A stretch of DNA of 64,000 nt, from contig OY970192.1 of the NCBI GenBank assembly GCA_963708135.1, positions 3,456,001 through 3,520,000 of the forward strand, in the 5' to 3' direction. The notes beneath the pieces are model-generated. The model was not told where the DNA came from, searched no databases, and saw only the letters and a program-made list of their open reading frames with translations. The DNA comes from an uncultured Gemmatimonadales bacterium (lineage in GTDB: Bacteria > Gemmatimonadota > Gemmatimonadetes > Longimicrobiales > RSA9). The position numbers and the translations under genes are program-made. Below, piece by piece: positions 20,028 through 28,838 of the stretch (positions within the stretch are counted from its first letter, which is position 1; each line of letters begins with the position of its first letter).

Positions 20028-20835
20028 TCCAGCGCAGCGGGGGCGCCGCCGGCGCCTCGCCCAGCTCCGCGGCGAGCTCGTAGAAGCGGTGCAGCCCCGC
20101 GCGCATGGCGGCATCCAGCGTGTAGGTCAGGGAGCGCCAGTACGCGAGCAGCGTGGGCGCCTCGATGCGGAAGCGCGCGGCCCAGCGGGAGGCGAGCTCC
20201 GCGTCGTGGGCGGCGAACCAGGCCCGGGACTCGAGCAGCGCCTCGTGGAGCGCCGAGAGCTCGGCGTCGGCGGAAGCGCGGGCGGAGGTCTGCCAGAGCG
20301 CGAACGCGAACGGCAGGCCCGTCCACTCCGTCCACGCCGCGCCGAGATCCACCACGCGGCGCCCCGCCGGAAAGCGGGCGCGCAGCGCGACGTCTCCGAT
20401 CCGCAGCGCGGCGGCCGCGCCGCCCGCGATCGGATCGGGCTCGGCCGCCTGATCGAACCAGCGGTAGCGTGGTGTGACGCCGTGCCCGCGCTCGAGCAGC
20501 GCCCGCAACAGTACGACCGAGGTGGCCGATGCGCTCGGGAGCGCCACCTCGGCGCCGTGGAGCTCGTCGAGCGCTCGGTCGCTCTCGAGGAGGATGCTCT
20601 GGACCGGGCCGTTGGAGCCGATCACGAGGTCGGGGAAGAGGCGATACGCGGTCGCGTGGCGAGGGTACTCGATGCTCGAGGACGGCGCGACGTCGATGTC
20701 GCCGCCGGCCAGCAGGGTGTTGAGGCGGGAGGGGATCCCCTCGACGATCTGGATTCCCGGCGGTGCGCCGCGGTCGAGGAGCGCCGCGTGCACGGGGAAG
20801 CAGTTGCTGAACTCTATATGACCCAGTCGCAGCAT
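20011..20835 (-). CDS. mqnA: Chorismate dehydratase (futalosine menaquinone pathway, MqnA family)
   Basis: LGHIEFSNCFP, GPVQSILL, SATSVVLL, LRIGDVAL, DLGAAWTEWTGLPFAFALW. Confidence 0.85.
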   Translation of the reverse strand: MLRLGHIEFSNCFPVHAALLDRGAPPGIQIVEGIPSRLNTLLAGGDIDVAPSSSIEYPRHATAYRLFPDLVIGSNGPVQSILLESDRALDELHGAEVALPSASATSVVLLRALLERGHGVTPRYRWFDQAAEPDPIAGGAAAALRIGDVALRARFPAGRRVVDLGAAWTEWTGLPFAFALWQTSARASADAELSALHEALLESRAWFAAHDAELASRWAARFRIEAPTLLAYWRSLTYTLDAAMRAGLHRFYELAAELGEAPAAPPLRWITAPR

Positions 20836-20875
20836 CCGACCCGAGCGCTCCCGTGCGAGGAGGCGGTAAGATAGT

Positions 20876-21811
20876 ATGGCCACTCAGCGACGCCAGGGCC
20901 GCCGCACGCTCGTCGGCTGGCTGCTCATCCTCGGGCTCGCCGCGCTGGCCACGGCCGTGCTCTTCCTCGACCAGCTCACCGCCGCGCTGCGCGATACCTA
21001 CGAGCTCGTCGTGGTCCTGCCCAGCGGCTCCGGGCTGCGCCCGGGCGATGACGTATGGGTGGCAGGCGTGAATGCCGGCACCATCGGCTCCATCGCCGTG
21101 CTTGCGCCGGGACGCGACACGACGCCGCGCGTGGCCGCCGTAGTAGCCGTGCGGACCGGGGTCCGCTCGCAGATCCGCCGCGACTCGAAGGTCCGCCTGA
21201 CCTCCGAGAAGCTGGTCGGGCCGGCTCTCATCGAGATCGTTCCGGGCTCGCCCGGCTCGCCCGTCCTGCAGCCGGGCGACACGCTCCGGCTGCAGCAGAA
21301 CCTCGCGCCGGCGGAGCTCATGAAGCGCGCCGCGGCGGTCCGCAGCTCGCTGGATTCGCTGCTCGCCGAGGCCGCTCCGCTTCGGGGCAGGCTGGCGCGC
21401 TCGCTGGGACGGTACGCGCGAGTGGCGGGACGGGCGGGCGCCGCGCGCCGCGACATGGCCGCCCTCATGGGAGGGTTGCGCGGCGGTCCGCTTCAGCGCT
21501 TCCTCGCCGACACCACGCGCGCGGAGCTGGGCAGGACGCTCCGGGCGGTGGAGCGGAAGGTGAGCGAGGCCCAGGCACGCGCCACCCGGTTCGAGACCAG
21601 CTCCGCGCCCGAGCGGCGCCGGCTCCGACAGGACCTCGCCCGCGTGTCGGTCCGGCTCGATTCCGTGCGCGCGATGCTCGGTGACTCGCTCGGAACCCTG
21701 CACCGGCTGCGCGCGGACTCCGCGCTCATCCACGCGATGGCCACCACGCGGGCGAGCCTCGATTCGCTGATCACCGAGTCGAAGAAGAATCCTCTGCGCT
21801 ATTTCTTCTAG
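20876..21811 (+). CDS. Second MlaD/MCE family protein
   Basis: N-terminal TM, GLRPGDDVWVAGVNAGTI MCE motif, C-terminal NPLRYFF. Confidence 0.8.
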   Translation: MATQRRQGRRTLVGWLLILGLAALATAVLFLDQLTAALRDTYELVVVLPSGSGLRPGDDVWVAGVNAGTIGSIAVLAPGRDTTPRVAAVVAVRTGVRSQIRRDSKVRLTSEKLVGPALIEIVPGSPGSPVLQPGDTLRLQQNLAPAELMKRAAAVRSSLDSLLAEAAPLRGRLARSLGRYARVAGRAGAARRDMAALMGGLRGGPLQRFLADTTRAELGRTLRAVERKVSEAQARATRFETSSAPERRRLRQDLARVSVRLDSVRAMLGDSLGTLHRLRADSALIHAMATTRASLDSLITESKKNPLRYFF

Positions 21812-21851
21812 CGGAGCGGATCCGGAGTACGGCGAGCACCGAACGCCAGCG

Positions 21852-22718
21852 CTACTTCGGATGCGGTCCACCAGCCAGAACGGCGCGGAGCGGGAGCGCG
21901 AGCGCGACCGTCGTCCCCTTCCCGACGCTCGAGCGCATCTCGACGCGCCCGCCGTGCGCCTCCAGGATCTCGCGGCAGATCGGCAGCCCGAGTCCCATCC
22001 CCTTCGGCTTGCTGGTGACGAACGGCTCGAAGATCGCGGCGATCCGCTGGGGCTCGATCCCGGGACCCGTGTCGCGTACCTCCACGACCGCCTCATCCCC
22101 GCGTCGCCTGAGCGTCACCTCGATCCGGCGCGGGTCCGCGCTGGGCGCCTCGCGGAGCGCATCGCAGGCGTTGCGCAGCACGTTCTCCAGCGCCTGCGGC
22201 AGGAAGTAGGCGTCCGCATCCGCAACGAGCGAGTCCGGCGCGGCGACCCCGAGCGTGATGCCGGCCTGCTCGGCCGTCGGGCGGATGTCCTCCGCCACCC
22301 GGCCCACCAGCTCCCTCAGCTCGATCGGCGAAAGGTGCAGGCGGCGCGTGGTGCCGGACGCGTACGCCGAGAGCTCGCTCAGGAGCTCCACCATCCGGGT
22401 GGCCTGCCCCACGATGGTCTCGGTGGCCTCGCGCTGCGACTCCGCATCCTGCAGCGCATGGCCCGCCTGCAGCATCTCCGCATTCAGCAGCAGCGTCTGC
22501 AGCGGGTTCTTGACCTGGTGCAGGATGCGCGCGGTGGCGGTGCCCATCGCCGCGAGGCGCTCCGCCTCCACGCGCTGGCGCACGCTGCGCCGCACCAGCA
22601 CGACCGCCACTCCGGCCGAGAAGCCGGTGATGAGCAGCACGAGCAGGATGTTGACCAGGAAGAGTAGCTGCGCGTCCCCACCGAGGGGAGGGCTCAGGAA
22701 CAGCTCGATCGCGTCCAC
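21852..22718 (-). CDS. Single-TM histidine kinase (NtrB-like core, no sensor domain)
   Basis: One hydrophobic segment, then ERLAAMG..ILHQVKNPL, NVLRNACDA, DTGPG, IFEPFVTSKPKGMGLGL. Confidence 0.9.
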   Translation of the reverse strand: MDAIELFLSPPLGGDAQLLFLVNILLVLLITGFSAGVAVVLVRRSVRQRVEAERLAAMGTATARILHQVKNPLQTLLLNAEMLQAGHALQDAESQREATETIVGQATRMVELLSELSAYASGTTRRLHLSPIELRELVGRVAEDIRPTAEQAGITLGVAAPDSLVADADAYFLPQALENVLRNACDALREAPSADPRRIEVTLRRRGDEAVVEVRDTGPGIEPQRIAAIFEPFVTSKPKGMGLGLPICREILEAHGGRVEMRSSVGKGTTVALALPLRAVLAGGPHPK

Positions 22719-22779
22719 GGCCGGTCCGGGTCCGGGAATGAGATTGTGTCCACGACGCGGCGGCGCGGACGCGCCGGGA

Positions 22780-23517
22780 TCAGCCCACCGGTGCGGGCGT
22801 GCCCACGGCCGGCACCGCGGTGCCGCGGGCCAGGCTGGCGAGCAGCGCGGCGACGATCACCGCCTGCGCGGCCCCCGTCGCCAGCTGGAGGAACTCGGAG
22901 AGATCCCAGAAGTACGCCGCCGGCGCCTGGCCGATGATCTGGAAGAACGCCTCCTGGACGGGCAGCAGCAGGACGAAGACGGTGCGCACCGCCAGGAACC
23001 CGGCGAAGTAGACGTCCAGCCCGTGCAGCCGCCCGAGCGCCGCCATGGCCCAGAAGCCCAGGTATCCGGCCACTCCGACGAACGAGAGGATGCGGGTCCA
23101 GCCGAGCAGCACGCTTCGCTGCCCGAGCACGCCGGTGGCGATCCCCACGACGGCCAGCGCCGCAACGGCGGGCAGCAGGAGCTGCAGCCCCGTGCGCGGC
23201 CTCCCCCGGTACACGGCCAGGAGCGAGAGGGGAAGGCCCGCGCTCAGCAGCGCGTTCACCAGATACGCGCCGTTGTAGAAGTGGTCCTGCAGCGCCCGGA
23301 ATGCGGATGCGGCGTCGCGCACGGCGAGCGCGGAGAAGGCTTCGACCATGGCGTTGTCCAGCGCGAGCGCCACATAGACGATGGCGCTCACGGACCACGC
23401 CGCGCGCGCGGCCGCCGTCATCTTCCGCGCGCGCCCGAACACCAGGAGCAGGAGCCCGCCCGCAAGCGCGCAGCGGACCGCAAGCGTGACGATCCGCAGG
23501 AAGAGGAGCAGGCTCAC
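22780..23517 (-). CDS. Uncharacterised integral membrane protein with about 7 TM segments
   Basis: Seven hydrophobic stretches by eye; GGAGG RBS; starts 12 nt after the upstream stop. Confidence 0.75.
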   Translation of the reverse strand: MSLLLFLRIVTLAVRCALAGGLLLLVFGRARKMTAAARAAWSVSAIVYVALALDNAMVEAFSALAVRDAASAFRALQDHFYNGAYLVNALLSAGLPLSLLAVYRGRPRTGLQLLLPAVAALAVVGIATGVLGQRSVLLGWTRILSFVGVAGYLGFWAMAALGRLHGLDVYFAGFLAVRTVFVLLLPVQEAFFQIIGQAPAAYFWDLSEFLQLATGAAQAVIVAALLASLARGTAVPAVGTPAPVG

Positions 23518-23529
23518 GCGTGCCTCCGC

Positions 23530-23898
23530 TTATCCGCCGGGCGGCGGCGGCGGCGGTGGTGGGAGCTCGTCGTCGATCGAGAACGTCAGTGTGCCCTCTT
23601 CGGCCGAGCTCCCGGGCGGAAGCGTCTCCACGATGATGCGCTTCACGATCCCGCGCGGATCGTTGATCACGATCTCCACGTCCACCTGCTGCTCCGCCGA
23701 TACCACGCGGGTCCGGACCTTCGACCCCGGCGACTGCTCCCGCCCGCCGGGATTGCGGAACAGCGTCTTCGTCGACTGCCGGCCGCTCTCGAGGTTGCGC
23801 GTCACCTTCACGTGCTGGAGCCAGTCCGGCTGGTAGCTGATCTCGTAATCGAACCCCCGCTGGTCCGAACCGCGCCCTTCCCGATTGTGTCGCGCCAT
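23530..23898 (-). CDS. Small soluble protein with a C-terminal DDELPPPPPPPPGG tail
   Basis: GGAGG RBS before ATG 23898; GC-typical codon use; beta-rich sequence pattern. Confidence 0.8.
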   Translation of the reverse strand: MARHNREGRGSDQRGFDYEISYQPDWLQHVKVTRNLESGRQSTKTLFRNPGGREQSPGSKVRTRVVSAEQQVDVEIVINDPRGIVKRIIVETLPPGSSAEEGTLTFSIDDELPPPPPPPPGG

Positions 23899-23945
23899 CC
23901 GCGCCTCCGCCAAACCTTTTGAAATGCACTCACCTCAGAATCCGG

Positions 23946-23974
23946 AAAATTCGCCGCTGTCACGCCGCTGTCAA
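23946..23974 (-). promoter_or_regulatory. Putative promoter (-35 TTGACA) overlapped by a tandem 11-bp direct repeat
   Basis: + strand CGCCGCTGTCA twice (23952-23973); - strand TTGACA-17 nt-AATTTT (weak -10). Confidence 0.55.
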
Positions 23975-24267
23975 GCACACCTTTTCTTTCGGGCGGCGGG
24001 AGCGCCCGCGCACCGGCCTAACTCACCCGGCCGCACCGCGCTCGCCTCTCGCCGCGGCCGGGGCGCCGCGGGCGATTCCCCAAACAATCGTAACGGGCCC
24101 GCCCCGAAAAAATCACGGTTCCCGACAGGGCCGCCGTGCCCGCGTCGAGTACGAAACTTGCGAATGGCGCCCGCGATCCCACTTCAGCATCGCTCCGCGG
24201 GTGCCGGGCGGCCGACCCCGGACCCCGCGACCAGCGCCGCACCCGGCGGCGGAGCCGCACAGTGCTC

Positions 24268-24296
24268 TTGACCCGAACCGGCCGCAGTGATACAGT
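24268..24296 (+). promoter_or_regulatory. Sigma70-type promoter upstream of rho
   Basis: TTGACC-17 nt-TACAGT with extended TG. Confidence 0.65.
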
Positions 24297-24461
24297 GTCT
24301 CCATTATCCACGATACGGAGCCTCCCGCTGCTGGAGGAACGGGCGCACCGCGCCCCGTCCCGGCCTATCGTTTCGTTTCCCAGATGTAAGCCAATGACCC
24401 TTGGACGGCGCTGGCAGCTCTGCCGGTCCCACCGTCCAGCGTACGTACGGAGTGGCACTAC

Positions 24462-25712
24462 GTGGACATCACGGAACTGAAGAGCAAATCGATCGCAGAG
24501 CTGCACGAGATGGCGGAGGAGCTCAACATCTCCAACTACTCCGGCCTGCGAAAGCAAGACCTGATCTTCCGGATCGAGCAGAACCTCCTGGACAGCGATG
24601 TGGTGCTTCGGGGCGAGGGCGTCCTCGAGATCCTGCCCGAGGGCTACGGCTTCCTGCGCTCGCAGGACTGGAACTACCTGTACGGCCCGGATGACATCTA
24701 CGTCAGCCCGTCCCAGATCAAGCGCTTCGACCTGCGCACGGGCGATACCGTGCTGGGACAGGTGCGGCCGCCCAAGGAGGGCGAGCGCTACCTCGCGCTG
24801 CTGAAGGTCGAGCAGGTGAACGGCGACGACCCGGACCGCGCGAAGCACCGCATCGCCTTCGACAACCTGCGGCCGCGCTACCCGGAGGACCGGCTCCTGC
24901 TCGAGAACGAGGCGGGTGACCTGTCGATGCGGCTCATGGACCTGATGTCGCCGCTGGGCAAGGGGCAGCGCGGCCTGATCGTCTCGCCGCCGAAGGCGGG
25001 CAAGACGATCCTCATGCAGAAGATCGCCAACTCCATCATCGAGAACCATTCCGAAGTCCACCTGATCGTGCTCCTCATCGACGAGCGTCCCGAGGAGGTC
25101 ACGGACATGGAGGAGCACGTCCCGGCGGAGGTGATCTCCTCCACCTTCGACGAGCCGGCGGACCGCCACACGCAGGTGGCCGAGATGGTGATCGAGAAGG
25201 CGAAGCGCCTGGTCGAGCACGGCCGCGACGTGGTCATCCTGCTGGACTCTATCACCCGCCTGGCGCGCGCCTACAACGTGACCGTGCCGCACTCCGGAAA
25301 GATTCTCTCCGGCGGCGTCGATGCCAACGCGCTGCACAAGCCGAAGCGCTTCTTCGGCGCCGCGCGCAACATCGACGGCGGCGGCTCGCTGACGATCATC
25401 GCGACGGCCCTCATCGAGACCGGCTCGCGCATGGACGAGGTGATCTTCGAGGAGTTCAAGGGCACGGGCAACATGGAGGTCGTGCTCGACCGCCACATCG
25501 CGGACAAGCGGATCTTCCCGGCCGTCGATATCAACCGGTCCAGCACCCGCAAGGAGGACCTGCTGCTCGACGAGACCGAGCTCAACCGGGTCTACCTGCT
25601 GCGCAACTTCCTGGCGGACATGCCGCCGGCCGAGGCGCTCGAGTTCCTGCTCGACCGGATCCGGCGCACCAAGACGAACAAGGACTTCCTGGACAGCATG
25701 GCCAAGGGCTGA
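24462..25712 (+). CDS. rho: Transcription termination factor Rho
   Basis: [59 protein letters not shown]. Confidence 0.98.
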   Translation: MDITELKSKSIAELHEMAEELNISNYSGLRKQDLIFRIEQNLLDSDVVLRGEGVLEILPEGYGFLRSQDWNYLYGPDDIYVSPSQIKRFDLRTGDTVLGQVRPPKEGERYLALLKVEQVNGDDPDRAKHRIAFDNLRPRYPEDRLLLENEAGDLSMRLMDLMSPLGKGQRGLIVSPPKAGKTILMQKIANSIIENHSEVHLIVLLIDERPEEVTDMEEHVPAEVISSTFDEPADRHTQVAEMVIEKAKRLVEHGRDVVILLDSITRLARAYNVTVPHSGKILSGGVDANALHKPKRFFGAARNIDGGGSLTIIATALIETGSRMDEVIFEEFKGTGNMEVVLDRHIADKRIFPAVDINRSSTRKEDLLLDETELNRVYLLRNFLADMPPAEALEFLLDRIRRTKTNKDFLDSMAKG

Positions 25713-25782
25713 GCGGCGCGGGCGACTCGTGCGGGCCCGGCGCCCGGGGTACCGGCTCGCCCGGTGCTCCGGGCGCCGTTCG

Positions 25783-26217
25783 CTAGATCTCGCGCCGCCC
25801 CTCGACGAGCAGCTTGATGGTGGCGGCCTGCGGGGCGGCGGGCTCGGCTGGGCGCGAGAGCACGGAGGCCGCGCCGCGCTCGGGCAGGTGCAGCACGACG
25901 TGGCCGGCGGGATCGCCCGCGTAGGGGGCGGCGCGCCCGGTCGCATCGATCTGGTAGACGGCTCCGGGGCCCTCCAGCCGCTCGGCGAGGGCGCGGCCGT
26001 ACTCGATCCACTCGGCCACGGGATCCGACTCGCCCGACGCCAGGCGGGGGAGCAGGACCTCCTCGTAGTGACGGCTGGCGGCCGCGAACGCCTCCGCGTC
26101 GGCGGCCCTGAGCCGCTTCAGCCGCGCGCGGCACTCCGGGCGCGGATCCTCCAGGCCGGCGGAGGCGAGCGCCCCGTCCAGAGCGCGGTCGGCGCGCATC
26201 TGCGCTTGATCGGGCAT
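25783..26217 (-). CDS. Hypothetical protein
   Basis: 144 aa ORF with coding-like composition filling the gap between recognised genes. Confidence 0.65.
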   Translation of the reverse strand: MPDQAQMRADRALDGALASAGLEDPRPECRARLKRLRAADAEAFAAASRHYEEVLLPRLASGESDPVAEWIEYGRALAERLEGPGAVYQIDATGRAAPYAGDPAGHVVLHLPERGAASVLSRPAEPAAPQAATIKLLVEGRREI

Positions 26218-26365
26218 GGCTCAGGATGGGCCGCCCGCAGCCGCGGCGTCAAGCGGTGCGGCCCGGGTCTTGAAAGGCAGCCCGGCCGCCGGAGCGGCTT
26301 TCATCGCGGCTGCGGTCGCGCTATCTTCGGAACATCATCCCGGACCCGCGCCAGGACGGTTGCCG

Positions 26366-26905
26366 ATGCCTCTCCCCAACGTCGCGCCCAAGCGTATGCA
26401 GGAGCCGCAGGACCGCGTCCTCGAGCTCAACTGGGACGTTTTCGGCGAGCTCTGCCGGGGCCTCGCGCTGAAGGTGGCGCAGAGCGGCTACGACCCGCAG
26501 ATCGTGGTGGGCATCGCCAAGGCGGGGGTCATCCCCGGCGCGGTGATCGCCTCGATCCTGCAGTGTGACTTCTTCTCGATGAAGATCAGCCGGCGCGCGG
26601 GCGCGGACCAGGTGCGGGAGCGGCCGGCGATCCTCTCGGCCGCGCCCGCGCAGGCGGCCGGCAAGCGGGTGCTGGTCGTGGATGAGATCTGCACGACCGG
26701 CACGACGCTGCGCATGGCGGTAAACGCGATGCGGAACGTCCGCGCTGCGGAGATCCGCACGGCCACGAACTTCGCGAAGGCGGGCAAGTACCGCCCGGAC
26801 TACTACGCCATGGAGACCGCCGCCAAGGTGATCTTCCCGTGGGACCGGGTCATCGTGGATCACGGCGAGGTGGTCACGAACCCCATGTACGAGGGGCTGA
26901 TCTGA
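26366..26905 (+). CDS. Type I phosphoribosyltransferase (purine salvage-like)
   Basis: IVVGIAKAG, VLVVDEICTTGTTL PRPP-binding loop, VIFPW. Confidence 0.88.
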   Translation: MPLPNVAPKRMQEPQDRVLELNWDVFGELCRGLALKVAQSGYDPQIVVGIAKAGVIPGAVIASILQCDFFSMKISRRAGADQVRERPAILSAAPAQAAGKRVLVVDEICTTGTTLRMAVNAMRNVRAAEIRTATNFAKAGKYRPDYYAMETAAKVIFPWDRVIVDHGEVVTNPMYEGLI

Positions 26906-26912
26906 GCTGTCC

Positions 26913-26940
26913 GCGGCGGCCGGGAGCTCCCGGCCGCCGC
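26913..26940. terminator. Perfect 28-bp palindrome between convergent genes
   Basis: gcggcggccgggagctcccggccgccgc. Confidence 0.5.
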
Positions 26941-26970
26941 TCCGCGCGACCCGACACACCCTCCCTCCCG

Positions 26971-28410
26971 CTACTCGGCCACCACGCTGGGATCCTCCAG
27001 CTCCTGCGCCCGCGCGGCGGTTGGCCGCCCGAGCACCGCGCGCACGAGCGCATCCCACCACGCGGCGCTCTGTTCCTCCCGGTCGCGGTAGCCGTCGAGC
27101 GCCACCCAGGTGCGCGCGTGGATGGCGGCCGCGCGCTCGGCGGCCTCGGCCGGCGAGATGCCGGCGTCGCGAAGCCAGCGCCGGCCGATCTGCGTGTGCA
27201 GCACCTCGTCGGCCCAGTCGTAGTCGTGGAAATGGGCGGACAGGGCATCGCCGGCGGCTTCCGCCGTGTCCCGCTCCGAGCGCTTGCCGGTCTCGGCCGG
27301 CATGAGGCTCTGCTCGATGGCGAAGAGGAGGATCTCGCGCTCGAGCGGGTCCGCGTGAAGGTTCAAGCGCAGCGAGAAGCCGACATTGAGCGGGATGCGC
27401 CTCCAATCCACGCCCCGCGCCTCGAGGGCGACCTCGCCCATCATCGAGTGCCGGGCTTCATCCCAGAGCTGGCGCGCGTAGTCGAGCTGGAACTGCCATG
27501 GCCGGTCCCTCTCCTCGGACAGGAAGGATGCCATCATCTCCGGCACGTCCATCTCGAGGAGCCGCTTGCAGAGGAGCGCCAGGTTCCGCTCGTCGGCGGG
27601 GATATGGGCCATGCGGGCGAGGGCGTGCGGCGGAAAGACGAAGTTGTAGCTCCCGCGGAAACGGGCGTCCCGACGGGGCTGGAAGCTCGGCGCGGGCGCA
27701 GCGGCCACGCGCGAGACCGGCGGCGCCGGCGACGTCGCCACGCGGTTCTCCGGGGGCGGGTCCGCCCCCCGGGCCCGGTCCCGTCCGTCCGGGGGCAGGC
27801 CGTCGACCCCGCCGGCCGCCTGCAGCCAGCCCTGCACGTGGCGCTCCCAGTCCGCCGCGCGCGCCGCCGTCTGCGCGCCCCGGGCCGCGAGCGCGGCGAG
27901 CGCGGCGCGGCCCCACGAAATGGCCTCCTCTTCCTCGAGCAGGGCGAAGCGCAGGATGCGGCGGGTCGGGTGGTCCACGAGCGGGTTGGTCTCCGCCATG
28001 TGGCGGCGGTACGCGGTCGCCAGCGCGGGCCGGAGCGCGCCGTAGATGGCCGCCAGCAGCTCCACCGTGCCGGGCGCGGCCTCGAGCTCGGCGAGGGCCG
28101 CCTCGAGCGCGGGGTCCGGCGCCACATCCAGGCGCGGCACGGGGTGGCGCATCTCGTGGATGCGCCGGCGCAGCGCCTCCGTGTGCTCGGCGTCCTGCCA
28201 CTGGTGCAGCGAGAAGGCGCCCTTCACCTCCCACTCCGGCGTACCGGCCAGCCGGGCCAGCGCGATTCCCATCAGGCGCCGCTCCACCCAGTGGTAGCGC
28301 AGCAGGCGGCGGACATTCTCCTCGACGGAGAGGCCGACGCGCGCTGCGGCCGCGTGGGTGGTCACGCCGGCCAGGGGTGGGATAGCGTCGAGAGGCTCGG
28401 ATCGGTTCAT
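26971..28410 (-). CDS. Tandem ferritin-like domain protein (C-terminal DUF455-like diiron domain)
   Basis: C-half LLEMD, WDEARH, AIEQ, ADEVLH; N-half WVERR, QDAEH. Confidence 0.7.
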   Translation of the reverse strand: MNRSEPLDAIPPLAGVTTHAAAARVGLSVEENVRRLLRYHWVERRLMGIALARLAGTPEWEVKGAFSLHQWQDAEHTEALRRRIHEMRHPVPRLDVAPDPALEAALAELEAAPGTVELLAAIYGALRPALATAYRRHMAETNPLVDHPTRRILRFALLEEEEAISWGRAALAALAARGAQTAARAADWERHVQGWLQAAGGVDGLPPDGRDRARGADPPPENRVATSPAPPVSRVAAAPAPSFQPRRDARFRGSYNFVFPPHALARMAHIPADERNLALLCKRLLEMDVPEMMASFLSEERDRPWQFQLDYARQLWDEARHSMMGEVALEARGVDWRRIPLNVGFSLRLNLHADPLEREILLFAIEQSLMPAETGKRSERDTAEAAGDALSAHFHDYDWADEVLHTQIGRRWLRDAGISPAEAAERAAAIHARTWVALDGYRDREEQSAAWWDALVRAVLGRPTAARAQELEDPSVVAE

Positions 28411-28679
28411 TCGCGAAGCTCCTGGGGTGGGTCGGCGCCGCTGTCGTGGACGTAGTCCATCGGGCCGGAACGGTCGAAGAGGGAGCCGAGGCGGTCGTCG
28501 CCGAGCGAGCCCAGCCCCTCCTCGTCCGGCACGTCCCGCTCAGACACCTCGACCACGTGGTAGGCGCGCTGCGGGTTGCTGACACAGCTGAAGACCACGG
28601 CGCGCACGCCCGGATGCGGATCGTGCCTGTCCATCCGCGCCTCCCACGTCTCTCCGTCCCGCTCGATTCTCGGTCTCAT
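28407..28679 (-). CDS. Small hypothetical protein (90 aa)
   Basis: MRPRIERDGETWEARM...; ATGA overlap with the ferritin-like gene. Confidence 0.65.
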   Translation of the reverse strand: MRPRIERDGETWEARMDRHDPHPGVRAVVFSCVSNPQRAYHVVEVSERDVPDEEGLGSLGDDRLGSLFDRSGPMDYVHDSGADPPQELRE

Positions 28680-28838
28680 GCCCTCGCTCCGGCTGAAGGA
28701 TCCCACCAGCCGGTCGGGTGCACCCCCCGTACCAGCGCCGCCGGCGGAGCCCCGCGGACGCGAAGCGCACGGCCGGGCCGGCGCGGCATTCTTCTGGCAC
28801 GCCTGCCCCGGAGGCCCCCCGACGGGAGGGAGGAACCG

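Noticed and set aside
21852..23517. 7-TM gene and kinase as one frameshifted gene
   Set aside because: Different frames, a clean stop and a 61-nt spacer, and the kinase has its own N-terminal TM. Treated as two genes, though reads were not checked.
24304..24312. Near-consensus DnaA box TTATCCACG in the rho leader
   Set aside because: Single site with one mismatch; insufficient evidence.
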